A stretch of 64,000 nt of DNA from an uncultured Chloroflexia bacterium (lineage in GTDB: Bacteria > Chloroflexota > Anaerolineae > JAAYZQ01). Below the pieces are notes generated by a model, which was given only the letters and a program-made list of their open reading frames with translations, made no database searches and had not been told where the DNA came from. Both the position numbers and the translations under genes were made by a program. The stretch's first letter is position 1, and each line of letters opens with the position of its first letter. The stretch covers positions 128,001 to 192,000 of the forward strand of contig CAVOXA010000001.1 in the NCBI GenBank assembly GCA_963700285.1, written 5' to 3'. This document shows, piece by piece, positions 18,479-30,861 of this stretch.

Positions 18479-19888
18479 CTAGGCTCCTGATAATTGTATC
18501 TCTTCTCCGGGCTGAGGGACGACCGTGTTTTGGGCACCTATGTCACGGAAGCTGCTGGCGGCGGCCAGGCTAGCCGGTTCCTCACCGTGGACTACAAAGA
18601 CACCTTTAAGTCTCTCTGCGCCCAATTGACGGACATAGTCTTGCAGACCATCCCGGTCGGCGTGGGCGCTAAAGCCATTGATCGTCTCCACGTCCGCGTT
18701 CAGGCGGTATTCTTCCCCAAAAATCTTGACTTTCGGCTTGTGCTCGACCAAGCGCCGGCCCAGGGTGTAGGGGGACTGCCAGCCAACAATGAGAACTGTA
18801 TTGCGGGGGTCCTCAATGTTGTTCTTCAGATGGTGCAGAATACGCCCGGCTTCGCACATGCCCGAGGCGCTGATTATGATCGCTGGGTCCTGTAAGAAGT
18901 TCAGTTCCTTGGACTGCTCTACCGAACGGATGTAGGTCAACCGCTGGAAGCCAAAGGGATCACGATAGTGGTTGTCAGCCATAAACTCTTTCAATTCCTC
19001 GTCGTAACATTCCGGGTGCAGGCGAAAGATCTCGGTGACGTTAACTGACAAAGGGCTGTCCACAAAGATGGGCAACTCTGGCAGGTCTCGGGCTTTGATC
19101 AGGCGGTGTAGGGCGTAGACCAATTCCTGGGTACGTCCTACCGAAAAGGCAGGGACGATCACCTTGCCGCCCCGTCGGTAGGTTTTCAGCACGACATCCT
19201 TCAATGCCTCATCTGTTGTCTCAATGGGAGGGTGGCGCCGGTCGCCGTAGGTACTCTCGATGATGAGATAGTCCACGTCATCAACCAACTGGGGATCCCT
19301 GAGGATGGGTTTCCCTGCGCGGCCCAGGTCTCCAGAAAAGACCAGGCGCGTCTGCTCGTCACCTTCTTGGATATCCAGTACCGTGACGGCTGAGCCGAGG
19401 ATATGGCCTGCATCACGGAAAGAGAGGGTCACTCCCGGCGAAACCAGCAGGGGGCGGTCGTAGCCCAAGCTGACAAAGTTGCCCAGGCTGGCCGTGGCGT
19501 CCTCCACAGTGTAGAGAGGTTCCAGCGGTTCTTGGCCCCTCCTGGCACGCTGTTTGTTCACATAGATGGTATCCTGTTCCTGTATGTGCCCGGCATCCCG
19601 CAGCATGGCCGAACAGAGATCGCGGCTGGCCGGCGTGGTAAAGATGTTGCCCCGGAAGCCATTCTTGACCAGCGAGGGGATGTTGCCCGAGTGGTCAATG
19701 TGAGCGTGCGACAAGATCATGGTGTCGATGGTTTTGGGGTCGAAGGGCAGATTGCGGTTGCGCTCAAAGCTCTCTTTGCGGCGTCCCTGAACCAGCCCGC
19801 AATCGAGCAGAATACGCGAGCCGTTGACGGTGAGCAAGTGCATTGAGCCGGTCACGGTGCGCACAGCACCCAGAAACTGTACCTTCAT
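18479..19888 (-). CDS. MBL-fold beta-CASP ribonuclease
   Basis: VTGSMH, LSHAHIDHSG, AGHILGS, IESTYG, SASGMCEAGRILHHL, FSAHAD. Confidence 0.9.
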   Translation of the reverse strand: MKVQFLGAVRTVTGSMHLLTVNGSRILLDCGLVQGRRKESFERNRNLPFDPKTIDTMILSHAHIDHSGNIPSLVKNGFRGNIFTTPASRDLCSAMLRDAGHIQEQDTIYVNKQRARRGQEPLEPLYTVEDATASLGNFVSLGYDRPLLVSPGVTLSFRDAGHILGSAVTVLDIQEGDEQTRLVFSGDLGRAGKPILRDPQLVDDVDYLIIESTYGDRRHPPIETTDEALKDVVLKTYRRGGKVIVPAFSVGRTQELVYALHRLIKARDLPELPIFVDSPLSVNVTEIFRLHPECYDEELKEFMADNHYRDPFGFQRLTYIRSVEQSKELNFLQDPAIIISASGMCEAGRILHHLKNNIEDPRNTVLIVGWQSPYTLGRRLVEHKPKVKIFGEEYRLNADVETINGFSAHADRDGLQDYVRQLGAERLKGVFVVHGEEPASLAAASSFRDIGAQNTVVPQPGEEIQLSGA

Positions 19889-19927
19889 CTGATTCTCCTC
19901 CTCGTTCGATCCGTTTTGGCGCGCATC

Positions 19928-20842
19928 CTAGATCCAACGCCGCTTTCTGAAATAGAGCAACATGCCCCCTACCATAAGTACCATAAGCAGCAGGATCAAG
20001 ACAAGGGCGAAAGGACTATGCTCGAGCGGCAGATGGACGTTCATACCATAGATCCCCGACAGCAGGGTCAGCGGCAGCATAATGAAAGAGATGATAGTCA
20101 GGATCTTTATGACCTCGTTGATGCGGTAGGAAGTCAGAGTATTGGCCGTATCGCTCAGTCCGTCGATGACGTCGCGGTGGTCTTCGAGCATGTCCCAGAC
20201 TTTGTACAGGTGATCCAGCACGTCACCGAAATAGACATCCAGGCCCTCGCGGATAAAGGGTCGGTCACCCTGCTCCAGGCTGGCCACAATCGCGATCTGC
20301 GGCTTTACAATGCGCCGCAGGGCGATGATGTCCCGGCGTACCCACGAAAGCTCACGTACGATGTCCGGGACCTGTTCCGTAAAGATGTCTTCCTCGATCT
20401 CGCGAATGTTGGTGCCCACTTTGTAGAGAATGGGAAAGCAATAGTCGACCAGGCCGTCGATGAGATCGTGGAGCAGGCGGCTCGAACCCCGGCCCATGTG
20501 CTTCTGACGGATCTGCTCATCGGCCTGACAACTGTCAAAGAGGTGAGTGATGGGCCACAGGTTCCCATCGTGTAGGGTTACCAGGTAGCCAGCACCGATA
20601 AACATATCCACCTCGCCGGGCCTGCTGACGCGATGGTCATGATCAAAAACGGGGAACTGCATGATGATAAAGAGATAATCGTCGTACTCGTCGATCTTGG
20701 GCCGCTCGATACGGCTCAGGCAATCCTCCAGATCCAATGGGTGGAAGGGGTACTGCTGCCGCAGGGTTTCCATGTCCTGCGGCGTAGGCTTTTCGATGTT
20801 GACCCAGGTCACCTGACCGTGGGTGAGCGCTTTGGCGCCCAT
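19928..20842 (-). CDS. corA: Magnesium/cobalt transporter CorA
   Basis: FHPLDLED, RPKIDEYD, GIYGMN signature, two C-terminal TMs; own TTGACT-17-GATAAT promoter. Confidence 0.92.
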   Translation of the reverse strand: MGAKALTHGQVTWVNIEKPTPQDMETLRQQYPFHPLDLEDCLSRIERPKIDEYDDYLFIIMQFPVFDHDHRVSRPGEVDMFIGAGYLVTLHDGNLWPITHLFDSCQADEQIRQKHMGRGSSRLLHDLIDGLVDYCFPILYKVGTNIREIEEDIFTEQVPDIVRELSWVRRDIIALRRIVKPQIAIVASLEQGDRPFIREGLDVYFGDVLDHLYKVWDMLEDHRDVIDGLSDTANTLTSYRINEVIKILTIISFIMLPLTLLSGIYGMNVHLPLEHSPFALVLILLLMVLMVGGMLLYFRKRRWI

Positions 20843-21128
20843 GGCCGCCTCCTGCCTGCTGAGAGGGGGGAAATGGAGCTTCCCCCTGTGGCCCTCCATT
20901 ATCGCCCCACGGGTTGAAAAAGTCAAATTCTCTGTGGGTTGGCCCAGGGGCAGCAGGCGGACCAAAATAAAATGCAGACCAAGAAAACCAAGTATCGACA
21001 GAACGGGTCTCTCTTAGTTGCTGCTTGCTGTATTCTAGAGTATAATGCGGAGAGTTGGACGGACTTATTGTGCATTGTGTCCGGTACTGCCCGGGATTCG
21101 GGCGTGCCACTCGGGACGCGGGGGAGCC

Positions 21129-22811
21129 ATGCCGACAATCCTTCAGACTTTTCGCCACTTGCGACGCTACCAGCAGATTGCGCGCATCCTGACCCGCTAT
21201 GGCTTTGGCTACATCTTGACCCAGCTAGGCATCGGCCGGGCCATTACACCGGGACTGGAGAAGCTGCACTTTAGCTCCTCCGAGATCCTGCGCGCCACGC
21301 CCCCCGAGCGGGTGCGGATGGCTATCGAAGAGCTGGGGCCGACGTTCATCAAGCTCGGCCAGATCCTCAGTACTCGCAACGACATCATACCGCCGGAATA
21401 TACCAGGGAACTGGAAAAACTACAGGATACTGTACCGCCCACCGATTTTGAGCTGATCCAGGCCCAGGTGGAGAAGGAGTTGAAGAAGCCTCTGGACGAG
21501 GTGTTTCCTACTTTTGACCACGTACCGGTGGCCTCGGCGTCGCTGGGGCAGGTCCATTTCGCCACGTTGGTCGACGGCAAGGAGGTAGCGGTCAAGGTTC
21601 TTCGTCCAGGCGTGGATAAGCTGATCGAGACGGACCTGGACATCCTGCTTGAGCTGGCCGCCCTAGCCGAGAAGCGTACCGATTGGGGCGAGTATTACGG
21701 CGCCATGTCTCTGGCCCAGGAGTTTGCGGAGACGCTGCGCAATGAACAAAACTATGAGCAAGAGGGCCACAACATCGAGCGCTACCAGCAGATGTTCGCC
21801 GGTGAGGGCTATGTCCACGTGCCCAGGGTCTATTGGGAGACCACGACCCGGCGCGTCCTGACTATGGAGCGTCTGGCGGGCATCAAGATCACTGATGTAA
21901 AGGCTCTAGATGCGGCTGGCCTGGATCGCAAGATTGTAGCCCGTAACAACATTGCCATCCTGCTCAAAGCGGTCCTGCATGATGGTCTCTTTCACGCCGA
22001 CCCCCACGCGGGAAATTTTATGGTCATGCCCAGAGAAGTGATCGCCATGATCGATTTTGGCATCATGGGCCACCTGGATCCGATACAGCGCCTGGGACTT
22101 GTCCAACTCTTTGTCGGCCTGTTTCGTCAGGAGACCGACCGGGTGATAGACGCTCTCGCCGACCTGGGCATTGCCACCAGGGCGGCCGACAGGCGCAACC
22201 TGGCGCGTGATCTGGACCGCCTGCGCATGCGCTACTATGGCCTGGACCTGGAAAAGATCCGGGCCCGGTCCTTCGTCGAGGACCTGATGGACCTGGCCTT
22301 TGCCAATCGTCTGAAGATGCCCAGCGACCTGGTGCTGGTTTTTAAGGCAATTGCCATGCTGGAGGGCATCAGCCTGCGGCTCGATCCAGAAATTAACGTC
22401 TTTAGCGAGGTGGAGCCCTACGTGCGCGACGCCCTGTTGGAGCTGCAATCGCCGGTGACCCGGCTCAAGACGCTGACGGAGCAGATGCGCGAATCGGCTG
22501 AAGCGATGATGATGTTGCCCAAACAGCTCCAACGGATGCTGGAAGGGATGGAGGCCGGCGAGGGAAACCTGAGCATGACCATGAAAGGGCTGGATGGGCC
22601 CACTCAGCGGATCACGGCGGCCGCCAACCGGATGGTCATGGCTTTGCTGGCCGTCGCTTTCATTCTTGGGCCGGCTATCCTTGTTCCCCGCCTCAACGAG
22701 GTCTTTCCCGAATTTCGGGTGGGCGCTATCATCCTTGTGCTGGTGGGGTTCGGCCTATCCGGGCTGATCACGTTGGTGCTGCTCTGGTCGATATGGCGTT
22801 CGGGGCGGTGA
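21129..22811 (+). CDS. ABC1/UbiB (AarF) atypical kinase
   Basis: ELGPTFIKLGQ, ASASLGQVH, VAVKV, FHADPHAGN, IDFG; C-terminal TMs. Confidence 0.9.
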   Translation: MPTILQTFRHLRRYQQIARILTRYGFGYILTQLGIGRAITPGLEKLHFSSSEILRATPPERVRMAIEELGPTFIKLGQILSTRNDIIPPEYTRELEKLQDTVPPTDFELIQAQVEKELKKPLDEVFPTFDHVPVASASLGQVHFATLVDGKEVAVKVLRPGVDKLIETDLDILLELAALAEKRTDWGEYYGAMSLAQEFAETLRNEQNYEQEGHNIERYQQMFAGEGYVHVPRVYWETTTRRVLTMERLAGIKITDVKALDAAGLDRKIVARNNIAILLKAVLHDGLFHADPHAGNFMVMPREVIAMIDFGIMGHLDPIQRLGLVQLFVGLFRQETDRVIDALADLGIATRAADRRNLARDLDRLRMRYYGLDLEKIRARSFVEDLMDLAFANRLKMPSDLVLVFKAIAMLEGISLRLDPEINVFSEVEPYVRDALLELQSPVTRLKTLTEQMRESAEAMMMLPKQLQRMLEGMEAGEGNLSMTMKGLDGPTQRITAAANRMVMALLAVAFILGPAILVPRLNEVFPEFRVGAIILVLVGFGLSGLITLVLLWSIWRSGR

Positions 22812-22814
22812 GCT

Positions 22815-23756
22815 GTGGAGCAGATTAAGCAAGGTTTTGAGCGGCTGTACATGCCTGCGGACCGGCTGGTAGGTGGGCGGCTGACCGTCTTGGTCCGGGC
22901 CGCGGTGGCCTTTGATCAGGACGACAGTGCAGTGATGTCCCGTTCGATCGCCTTCTATGCCCTGTTTTCCCTTTTTCCCCTCTTGCTGCTCGTGATGACC
23001 TTTGCCAGTTCGGTGCTGGCTTCCGAAGCTGCCCTGGAGGTTGTCCTCGAAGCGGTGGACAATTTGATGCCCTTTGCCACCGAACTGGTCGCAGAGAATA
23101 TCCAACAGGTCCTCGAGTCGCGGAACACGATCGAGATCCTGGCTGGGATAGGCCTATTGTGGTCGGCCTCAGGCGTGTTCACGGCAATGTACCGGGCGGT
23201 GAACCGGGCCTGGGGGAATCCCAAGTCGGATCTATTTTGGGCTGAGAAACTTTACGGGCTGGTCGTCGTAATGGTGGCCGGGTTGCTTATTGTAACGACG
23301 ACCCTTTACAGCACCATCGTCAGCATAGTCCGAAGCTGGCAGGTGCCGTTTTGGGGCTGGCAGCCCTTTGCCGACCCGGCTAGCGGCCGCTGGGTGGGCT
23401 GGCTTTCGGCGCTGGTGCCAACTCTGATCAGTATCGTCACTTTCATCATCCTGTACCGGACCATGCCGCGCAACAAGATCGGCTGGCGCGACGTGTGGCT
23501 CGGCGGGCTGATTGCGGGCCTTCTTTGGGAAGCGGGCAGACAGCTCTACGCCTGGTACCTGGCCAATTTTGCCCGCTACAGCCTCGTCTACGGCTCGGTA
23601 GGGGTCATCATCGGCTTCCTGTTGTGGGCTTATCTGAGTGCCATGATTGTACTCATGGGAGCGGAATTCACAGCCCAGCATACCCAATGGCGGCGAGCCG
23701 GCCGCCCGATTGAGTCCCGTCCGCCACACCAATGGATTGAGGAGTGGCATAGGTGA
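22815..23756 (+). CDS. YihY/virulence factor BrkB family membrane protein
   Basis: IAFYALFSLFPLL, LWSASG, YSLVYGSVG..IGFLLWAY...GAEF. Confidence 0.88.
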   Translation: MEQIKQGFERLYMPADRLVGGRLTVLVRAAVAFDQDDSAVMSRSIAFYALFSLFPLLLLVMTFASSVLASEAALEVVLEAVDNLMPFATELVAENIQQVLESRNTIEILAGIGLLWSASGVFTAMYRAVNRAWGNPKSDLFWAEKLYGLVVVMVAGLLIVTTTLYSTIVSIVRSWQVPFWGWQPFADPASGRWVGWLSALVPTLISIVTFIILYRTMPRNKIGWRDVWLGGLIAGLLWEAGRQLYAWYLANFARYSLVYGSVGVIIGFLLWAYLSAMIVLMGAEFTAQHTQWRRAGRPIESRPPHQWIEEWHR

Positions 23757-24253
23757 ATGAACCGCTGAATACCATCGTGCTTGCGCTAACCTTGATAGCG
23801 ATGCTCATCGGGTTGATCGGCATCGTACTGCCCGTGATCCCGGGAACCATTATCATCTTTGTGGCCGCGTTCGTCTATGCCCTGGTCGAGGGTTTCCAAA
23901 TCGTCGGCTGGCCCACGCTGGTGGTTCTGGGCTTGCTGACCATCGTGGCCACAACCGCTGACATCTGGGCCAGCAGCGTGGGAGCCAAGGTGGGTGGGGC
24001 CAGCGGCTGGAGCGTATTGGTTGGATTGATTGGTGGCTTGGTGGGGTTTGTGGTATTCAGCTTGCCCGGGGCCATCCTGGGCGCCATTCTGGGAGTGCTA
24101 CTGACAGAGATCATCCGCGTGGGCGACTTGAGACAGGCGTTCAAGGCTGGAGGCGGTTGGGCTCTAGGGTGGGTGCTATCCACTGTTGTGCAATTGGGTA
24201 TTGGGCTGGTGATGGTAGCCATTTTCGTCTGGCAGGTGGTGCAGGGAGCGTAA
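23753..24253 (+). CDS. DUF456-family membrane protein
   Basis: GIVLPVIPG and GAKVGGAS motifs; multi-TM; start overlaps the yihY stop. Confidence 0.8.
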   Translation: MNEPLNTIVLALTLIAMLIGLIGIVLPVIPGTIIIFVAAFVYALVEGFQIVGWPTLVVLGLLTIVATTADIWASSVGAKVGGASGWSVLVGLIGGLVGFVVFSLPGAILGAILGVLLTEIIRVGDLRQAFKAGGGWALGWVLSTVVQLGIGLVMVAIFVWQVVQGA

Positions 24254-24276
24254 GCAACTGGCGCCCGCGCCTTGGG

Positions 24277-24480
24277 GCAGCTGCCCACTATGCCAAAATT
24301 TATGCGGCTCGGTGCGCCGATGTTGTCAAGTACGACCAGCCCCCGGTCAATGCCTACGCTGAGCCCAATTTCGACGCTCGGCTCCTCTTTTCAGCTACGA
24401 TGCAAGTTGACAAAAGCCTGCTGCATCTCGCCGGCAGCACGCGGAGCGTGCTGGGTGGCGTCCACCTGGGGAGAGGCAGG
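24277..24480 (-). pseudogene. Degenerate class III adenylate/guanylate cyclase fragment
   Basis: Reads PASPQVDATQHAPRAAGEMQQAFVNLHRS*KEEPSVEIGLSVGIDRGLVVLDNIGAPSRINFGIVG, matching the cyclase A.EMQ...GIG...G.V..GNIG...R pattern, with an in-frame stop. Confidence 0.7.
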
Positions 24481-24630
24481 CAGGTACGGGTCTATGCTTG
24501 CACTCTGGAAGAAAAGGTGCTACACTATTGATATCCGTTGAAATCAGGTATGCTGCATAGAACTGCTGCAACCTGCGACGGAGAACCGCCTGGGCGCAAC
24601 ACGCGCCTGGCCCACCATTGCACATCCATC

Positions 24631-24659
24631 TTGACAGATAAGAACATTTGTGCTATAAT
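24631..24659 (+). promoter_or_regulatory. Perfect sigma70 promoter with an embedded LexA-type (GAAC-N4-GTTC) box
   Basis: TTGACA(24631)-17 bp-TATAAT(24654); AGAAC-ATTT-GTGCT at 24641-24654, one mismatch. Confidence 0.75.
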
Positions 24660-24705
24660 GGGGTGAGAGTACTCACCCTCGCAAGACTGCGCGCAGGAGA
24701 CAACG

Positions 24706-26730
24706 ATGGCCAAAGCGTACGATACGACGGACATCCAGGTCCTCGATTACCCAGAGAACATCCAGCGCCGGCCGGGGATGTACGTCGGCGGCACAGGGCT
24801 GGATGCGCTGCACCACTTGGCCTACGAGCTGATCGACAATGCTGTTGACGAGGCCCTGGCTGGGTCCTGCACCGAGATTGATGTACAGATCCATGCCGAT
24901 GGGTCCATGACCGTGGCCGATGATGGCCGGGGCATCCCGACCGGGATGCACGCCGAAAAAGGTAGACCCACCCTGGAACTGGTCTTTACCGAGCTGCATG
25001 CAGGTGGCAAGTTCAAAGAGGGCAGCTATTCCACCAGTGGCGGCCTGCACGGCGTGGGCATCAAGGCAACCAACGCCCTATCGGAGTGGTTGGAAGTGCG
25101 GGTGCGCCGCAATGGTGTGATCTACTTCCAACGGCACGAGGGTGGCTTACCCGTTGTCCCCGTCCAGATCTTGGACCCGACAAGCGGCGAGGCGATTGTT
25201 GAGGTGGGGCAGAGGGATGAGGTCAAGGCCACAAAAGCCCACGCTGACAAGAGCTTGGGCACCGGCACCGAGATCAGCTTCAAGCCCAGCTCTCGCTTCA
25301 TGGACACTACTGATTTCGATTTTGACGCCATGGCCCGGCGGCTGCAGGTCATCGCCTTCCTACTGCCGGGCGTAACGGTCAAGTTTGTCGACAATCGCAA
25401 AAAAAGAGCACGTGAGAAAATCTTCCGCTACGACGGCGGTCTGGTGGAATATATCCACTGGCTCAATGAGGGTCGCAAGCCGATCCACCGCATTCCCATC
25501 GAAATCACTGGCGCGCAGAACAGGGTCACCGTCGACGTGGTCTTTCAATGGCACACCGGGGTAGACGACAGCGAGATCGTCAGCTTTGTCAATACCATTC
25601 CTACTCCCGATGGTGGTAAGCACGTGGCCGGCTTCAAGAGCGCCATCACCAAGGCCATCAACCAGTTTGCATCGGAAAAGAAGCTGGTCAAGGGCGAAGC
25701 CAATATCCGCGGCAGTGATACCCTGGCCGGTCTGACTGCCGTACTCAAGCTCTCCATGCACGACCCGCACTTTACCAGCCAGACCAAGACCCAGTTGGCC
25801 AGCGACCAGGTGCAGGGCATTGTCCACAGCATCGTCTACGAAGGTCTCCTGGAAAAACTCCGCAAACAGGTATCGCTGGGCCGGACCATCGTCCAGCAGG
25901 CGCAGGCTGCGGCCCAGGCGCGGGTGGCGGCCAGCAAGGCGCGCTCCCTGGTCATCCGGCGCAGCGTGCTCGACGCCGCCGATTCTGGATTGCCGGGCAA
26001 GCTGGCTGACGTGACCAAAGGTTCGCCGACGGAACAGACGGTGATCTATATCGTCGAGGGAGACAGTGCCGGCGGTTCGTGCAAGATGGCACGCGACCGG
26101 CGCTACCATGCCATCCTGCCCTTGCGGGGAAAGCCCCTGAACGTGGAAGGGGTCAAGCTGACCCGGCTGCTGAACAACAACGAGATCAAGGCCATCGTCG
26201 CCGCCGTCGGCGGCGGCATCGGCGCCGACTTTCAAGTGGACGACTTGCGCTACGGCGGTGTGGCCATCTTGGTGGACGCCGATGTGGATGGCGACCACAT
26301 CCGTACTTTGCTCTATACGCTGTTCTGGCGCTACATGCGACCCATGATCGAGGCTGGCCGGCTCTATGTGGCCGTGGCGCCCCTTTACCTCCTGCGTAAG
26401 GGAAAACAGGAGCGCTATGCCTACTCTGACCGGGAGCGGGACGGCATTCTCGAGGCATGGGGCAAGGACTCTGGACGTGGAGCCGTCACCATCCAGCGCT
26501 ACAAGGGTCTGGGCGAGATGAACCCGGGGCAATTGCGAGAGACGGTCTTTCGGGTGGAGGATAATGGCCCATTTAACGACAGCCTGCGCAGGGTGACGGT
26601 GGAGGATGTGCACCACGCCAACCAGCTTTTCGCCACCCTAATGGGCGGCTCTGCCAGCCTGCGCCGCACGTGGCTGTTGGAACGATGGCGCGAGGAAGAT
26701 CACGTCGAAAACGGAGACGAGCATGACTAG
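24706..26730 (+). CDS. Type IIA topoisomerase subunit B (GyrB/ParE-like, divergent)
   Basis: RRPGMYVG, ELIDNAVDE, GGLHGVG, VEGDSAGGS, PLRGK, DADVDGDHI, QRYKGLGEMN. Confidence 0.92.
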   Translation: MAKAYDTTDIQVLDYPENIQRRPGMYVGGTGLDALHHLAYELIDNAVDEALAGSCTEIDVQIHADGSMTVADDGRGIPTGMHAEKGRPTLELVFTELHAGGKFKEGSYSTSGGLHGVGIKATNALSEWLEVRVRRNGVIYFQRHEGGLPVVPVQILDPTSGEAIVEVGQRDEVKATKAHADKSLGTGTEISFKPSSRFMDTTDFDFDAMARRLQVIAFLLPGVTVKFVDNRKKRAREKIFRYDGGLVEYIHWLNEGRKPIHRIPIEITGAQNRVTVDVVFQWHTGVDDSEIVSFVNTIPTPDGGKHVAGFKSAITKAINQFASEKKLVKGEANIRGSDTLAGLTAVLKLSMHDPHFTSQTKTQLASDQVQGIVHSIVYEGLLEKLRKQVSLGRTIVQQAQAAAQARVAASKARSLVIRRSVLDAADSGLPGKLADVTKGSPTEQTVIYIVEGDSAGGSCKMARDRRYHAILPLRGKPLNVEGVKLTRLLNNNEIKAIVAAVGGGIGADFQVDDLRYGGVAILVDADVDGDHIRTLLYTLFWRYMRPMIEAGRLYVAVAPLYLLRKGKQERYAYSDRERDGILEAWGKDSGRGAVTIQRYKGLGEMNPGQLRETVFRVEDNGPFNDSLRRVTVEDVHHANQLFATLMGGSASLRRTWLLERWREEDHVENGDEHD

Positions 26731-26797
26731 TCCTTGCCCGTCAGAGCCCTCCTGGCCCTGACGGGAGCTGGGTTCAGCATCAATGAGGTGATAGAGA

Positions 26798-29242
<2,445 letters not shown>

Positions 29243-29431
29243 GCAGGCAACGCAGCGACTCAAGCACCAGTGTCCCGGACGCCAGACGATAACGAGGGCA
29301 TTTGGTCAAATTGGCAGGCTTGTGCTATACTGCCAAGCACTGTTGGAATACCTTTCAACAGGGACTGGCTGTTTTCCAGGACTCTCCTATCACACCATGC
29401 TACGAGGAACAGTTTAGCCTGAGAGGGGCTC

Positions 29432-30523
29432 ATGCAGATTTTGGCCGTAGACGTCGGTACCGGCACGCAAGATATCCTGTTGTTCGACACCGACAAGGAA
29501 CCCGAAAACGCACTCAAGCTGGTCATGCCATCCCCGACCATGATGCTGGCGCAGGCCATTGGCGCTGCAACGGCGGCAGGCGAGGACCTGTTACTTACCG
29601 GTGTGACGATGGGTGGCGGTCCATGTGGCTGGGCCGCCGAAGAGCATCTGAAAGCTGGCTACCGCGTTTTTGCAACGCCGGATGCGGCCCGCACCTTCAA
29701 CGATGACCTGGATGAGGTTGCATTCAGGGGCGTGGAGGTGGTTAGTGAAGACGAGGCCGGACGGCTGAGCGGCGTTCACGTCTTACAGATGATCGATTTT
29801 GACTACGTGGCGATAGCTCGTGCTTTTGGCGTCTTTGGCGTGGATCTCGATCAGGTCGAGCTGTTGGCTGTGGCCGTCTTTGACCACGGGGCCGCGCCGC
29901 AGGGCGTCAGCGACCGCCTCTTCCGCTTCGAGTACCTGGCAGAGCGCATCCAAACGGGGTTGGGCTTGGCGGCCTTTGCCTTCCTCCGGGAAGAGATACC
30001 GCCCAGCATGACGCGACTGCAAGCTGCCGCGGCCACAGCCCCTGAGGATCGTCCACTGGTCGCCATGGACACGGCACCAGCTGCTGTCCTGGGGGCATTG
30101 GAAGATGAGCGGGTACGTGCTCAGGACCAGGCTATCATTGCCAACGTAGGGAACTTTCATACCCTGGCCTTCCACCTGCGTCAGGGCGCTATTGCCAGCC
30201 TGTTTGAGCACCATACTGGACGGCTCCGACAGGCTCGGTTGGAAGAGTTGCTGGGCCAACTGGCAGACGGTACGTTGTCACACGACGAACTCTTTGCCGA
30301 GCATGGACACGGCGCCCTAGTACTGGATCCGGTGCCAGGCACCCTGGATTTCGTGGCTGTAACCGGGCCCCGCCGGAGGATGCTGGCTGGCTCAGCGCTG
30401 AGGCCCTACCTGGCGGTGCCCTACGGAGACATGATGATGGCCGGCTGCTGGGGGTTAGTGCGGGCTTGTACCCAGGTCGTGCCGTGGACTGCGGAGGCGA
30501 TTGAGGAGTCACTGGGTACATAA
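29432..30523 (+). CDS. DUF1786-family protein (ASKHA-like fold)
   Basis: ILAVDVGTGTQDILL, GVTMGGGP, ARTFNDD, NVGNFHT, FEHHTG, TGPRR, GDMMMAGC. Confidence 0.78.
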   Translation: MQILAVDVGTGTQDILLFDTDKEPENALKLVMPSPTMMLAQAIGAATAAGEDLLLTGVTMGGGPCGWAAEEHLKAGYRVFATPDAARTFNDDLDEVAFRGVEVVSEDEAGRLSGVHVLQMIDFDYVAIARAFGVFGVDLDQVELLAVAVFDHGAAPQGVSDRLFRFEYLAERIQTGLGLAAFAFLREEIPPSMTRLQAAAATAPEDRPLVAMDTAPAAVLGALEDERVRAQDQAIIANVGNFHTLAFHLRQGAIASLFEHHTGRLRQARLEELLGQLADGTLSHDELFAEHGHGALVLDPVPGTLDFVAVTGPRRRMLAGSALRPYLAVPYGDMMMAGCWGLVRACTQVVPWTAEAIEESLGT

Positions 30524-30582
30524 AACTAGGATCCCACAGCAGGCGACACGGCGTCGAGACCTGGTGGCTTGGGATGACTTGC

Positions 30583-30707
30583 GAGCATTGTGACCACCAA
30601 TGCAAAATCGGTGGTCAGATGGCCTTTGAGAACGTGGGCTCCAAAGGCGCCCTGAGCCACGGCCACGCCCCCGAGATACTGCCTAGTGCAAAGAAGCGTC
30701 GATCCAT
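30583..30707 (-). pseudogene. Truncated, frameshifted DUF423 (YgdD-like) membrane protein remnant
   Basis: GGAG RBS and ATG 30707: MDRRFFALGSIS, a one-base shift in a G-run, then GVAVAQGAFGAHVLKGHL (the GAFGAH hallmark); rest missing. Confidence 0.65.
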
Positions 30708-30861
30708 GTCAATCTCCCGAGGCATTATCGCGTTAGCCCTCGCGGATGGGGCCTGAGAAATCAGTTGAGTTGCAACTGATGCGGCAAATAGATTGCTGTG
30801 TGCAGTGTTTGGGCTTTGCTCTCCCTAACCTGGGCCTTCGCCCCTCGACCTGCTGGATGCC

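Noticed and set aside
21129-22811. ubiB implying ubiquinone synthesis
   Set aside because: ABC1 kinases are widespread outside ubiquinone producers; no ubi genes nearby
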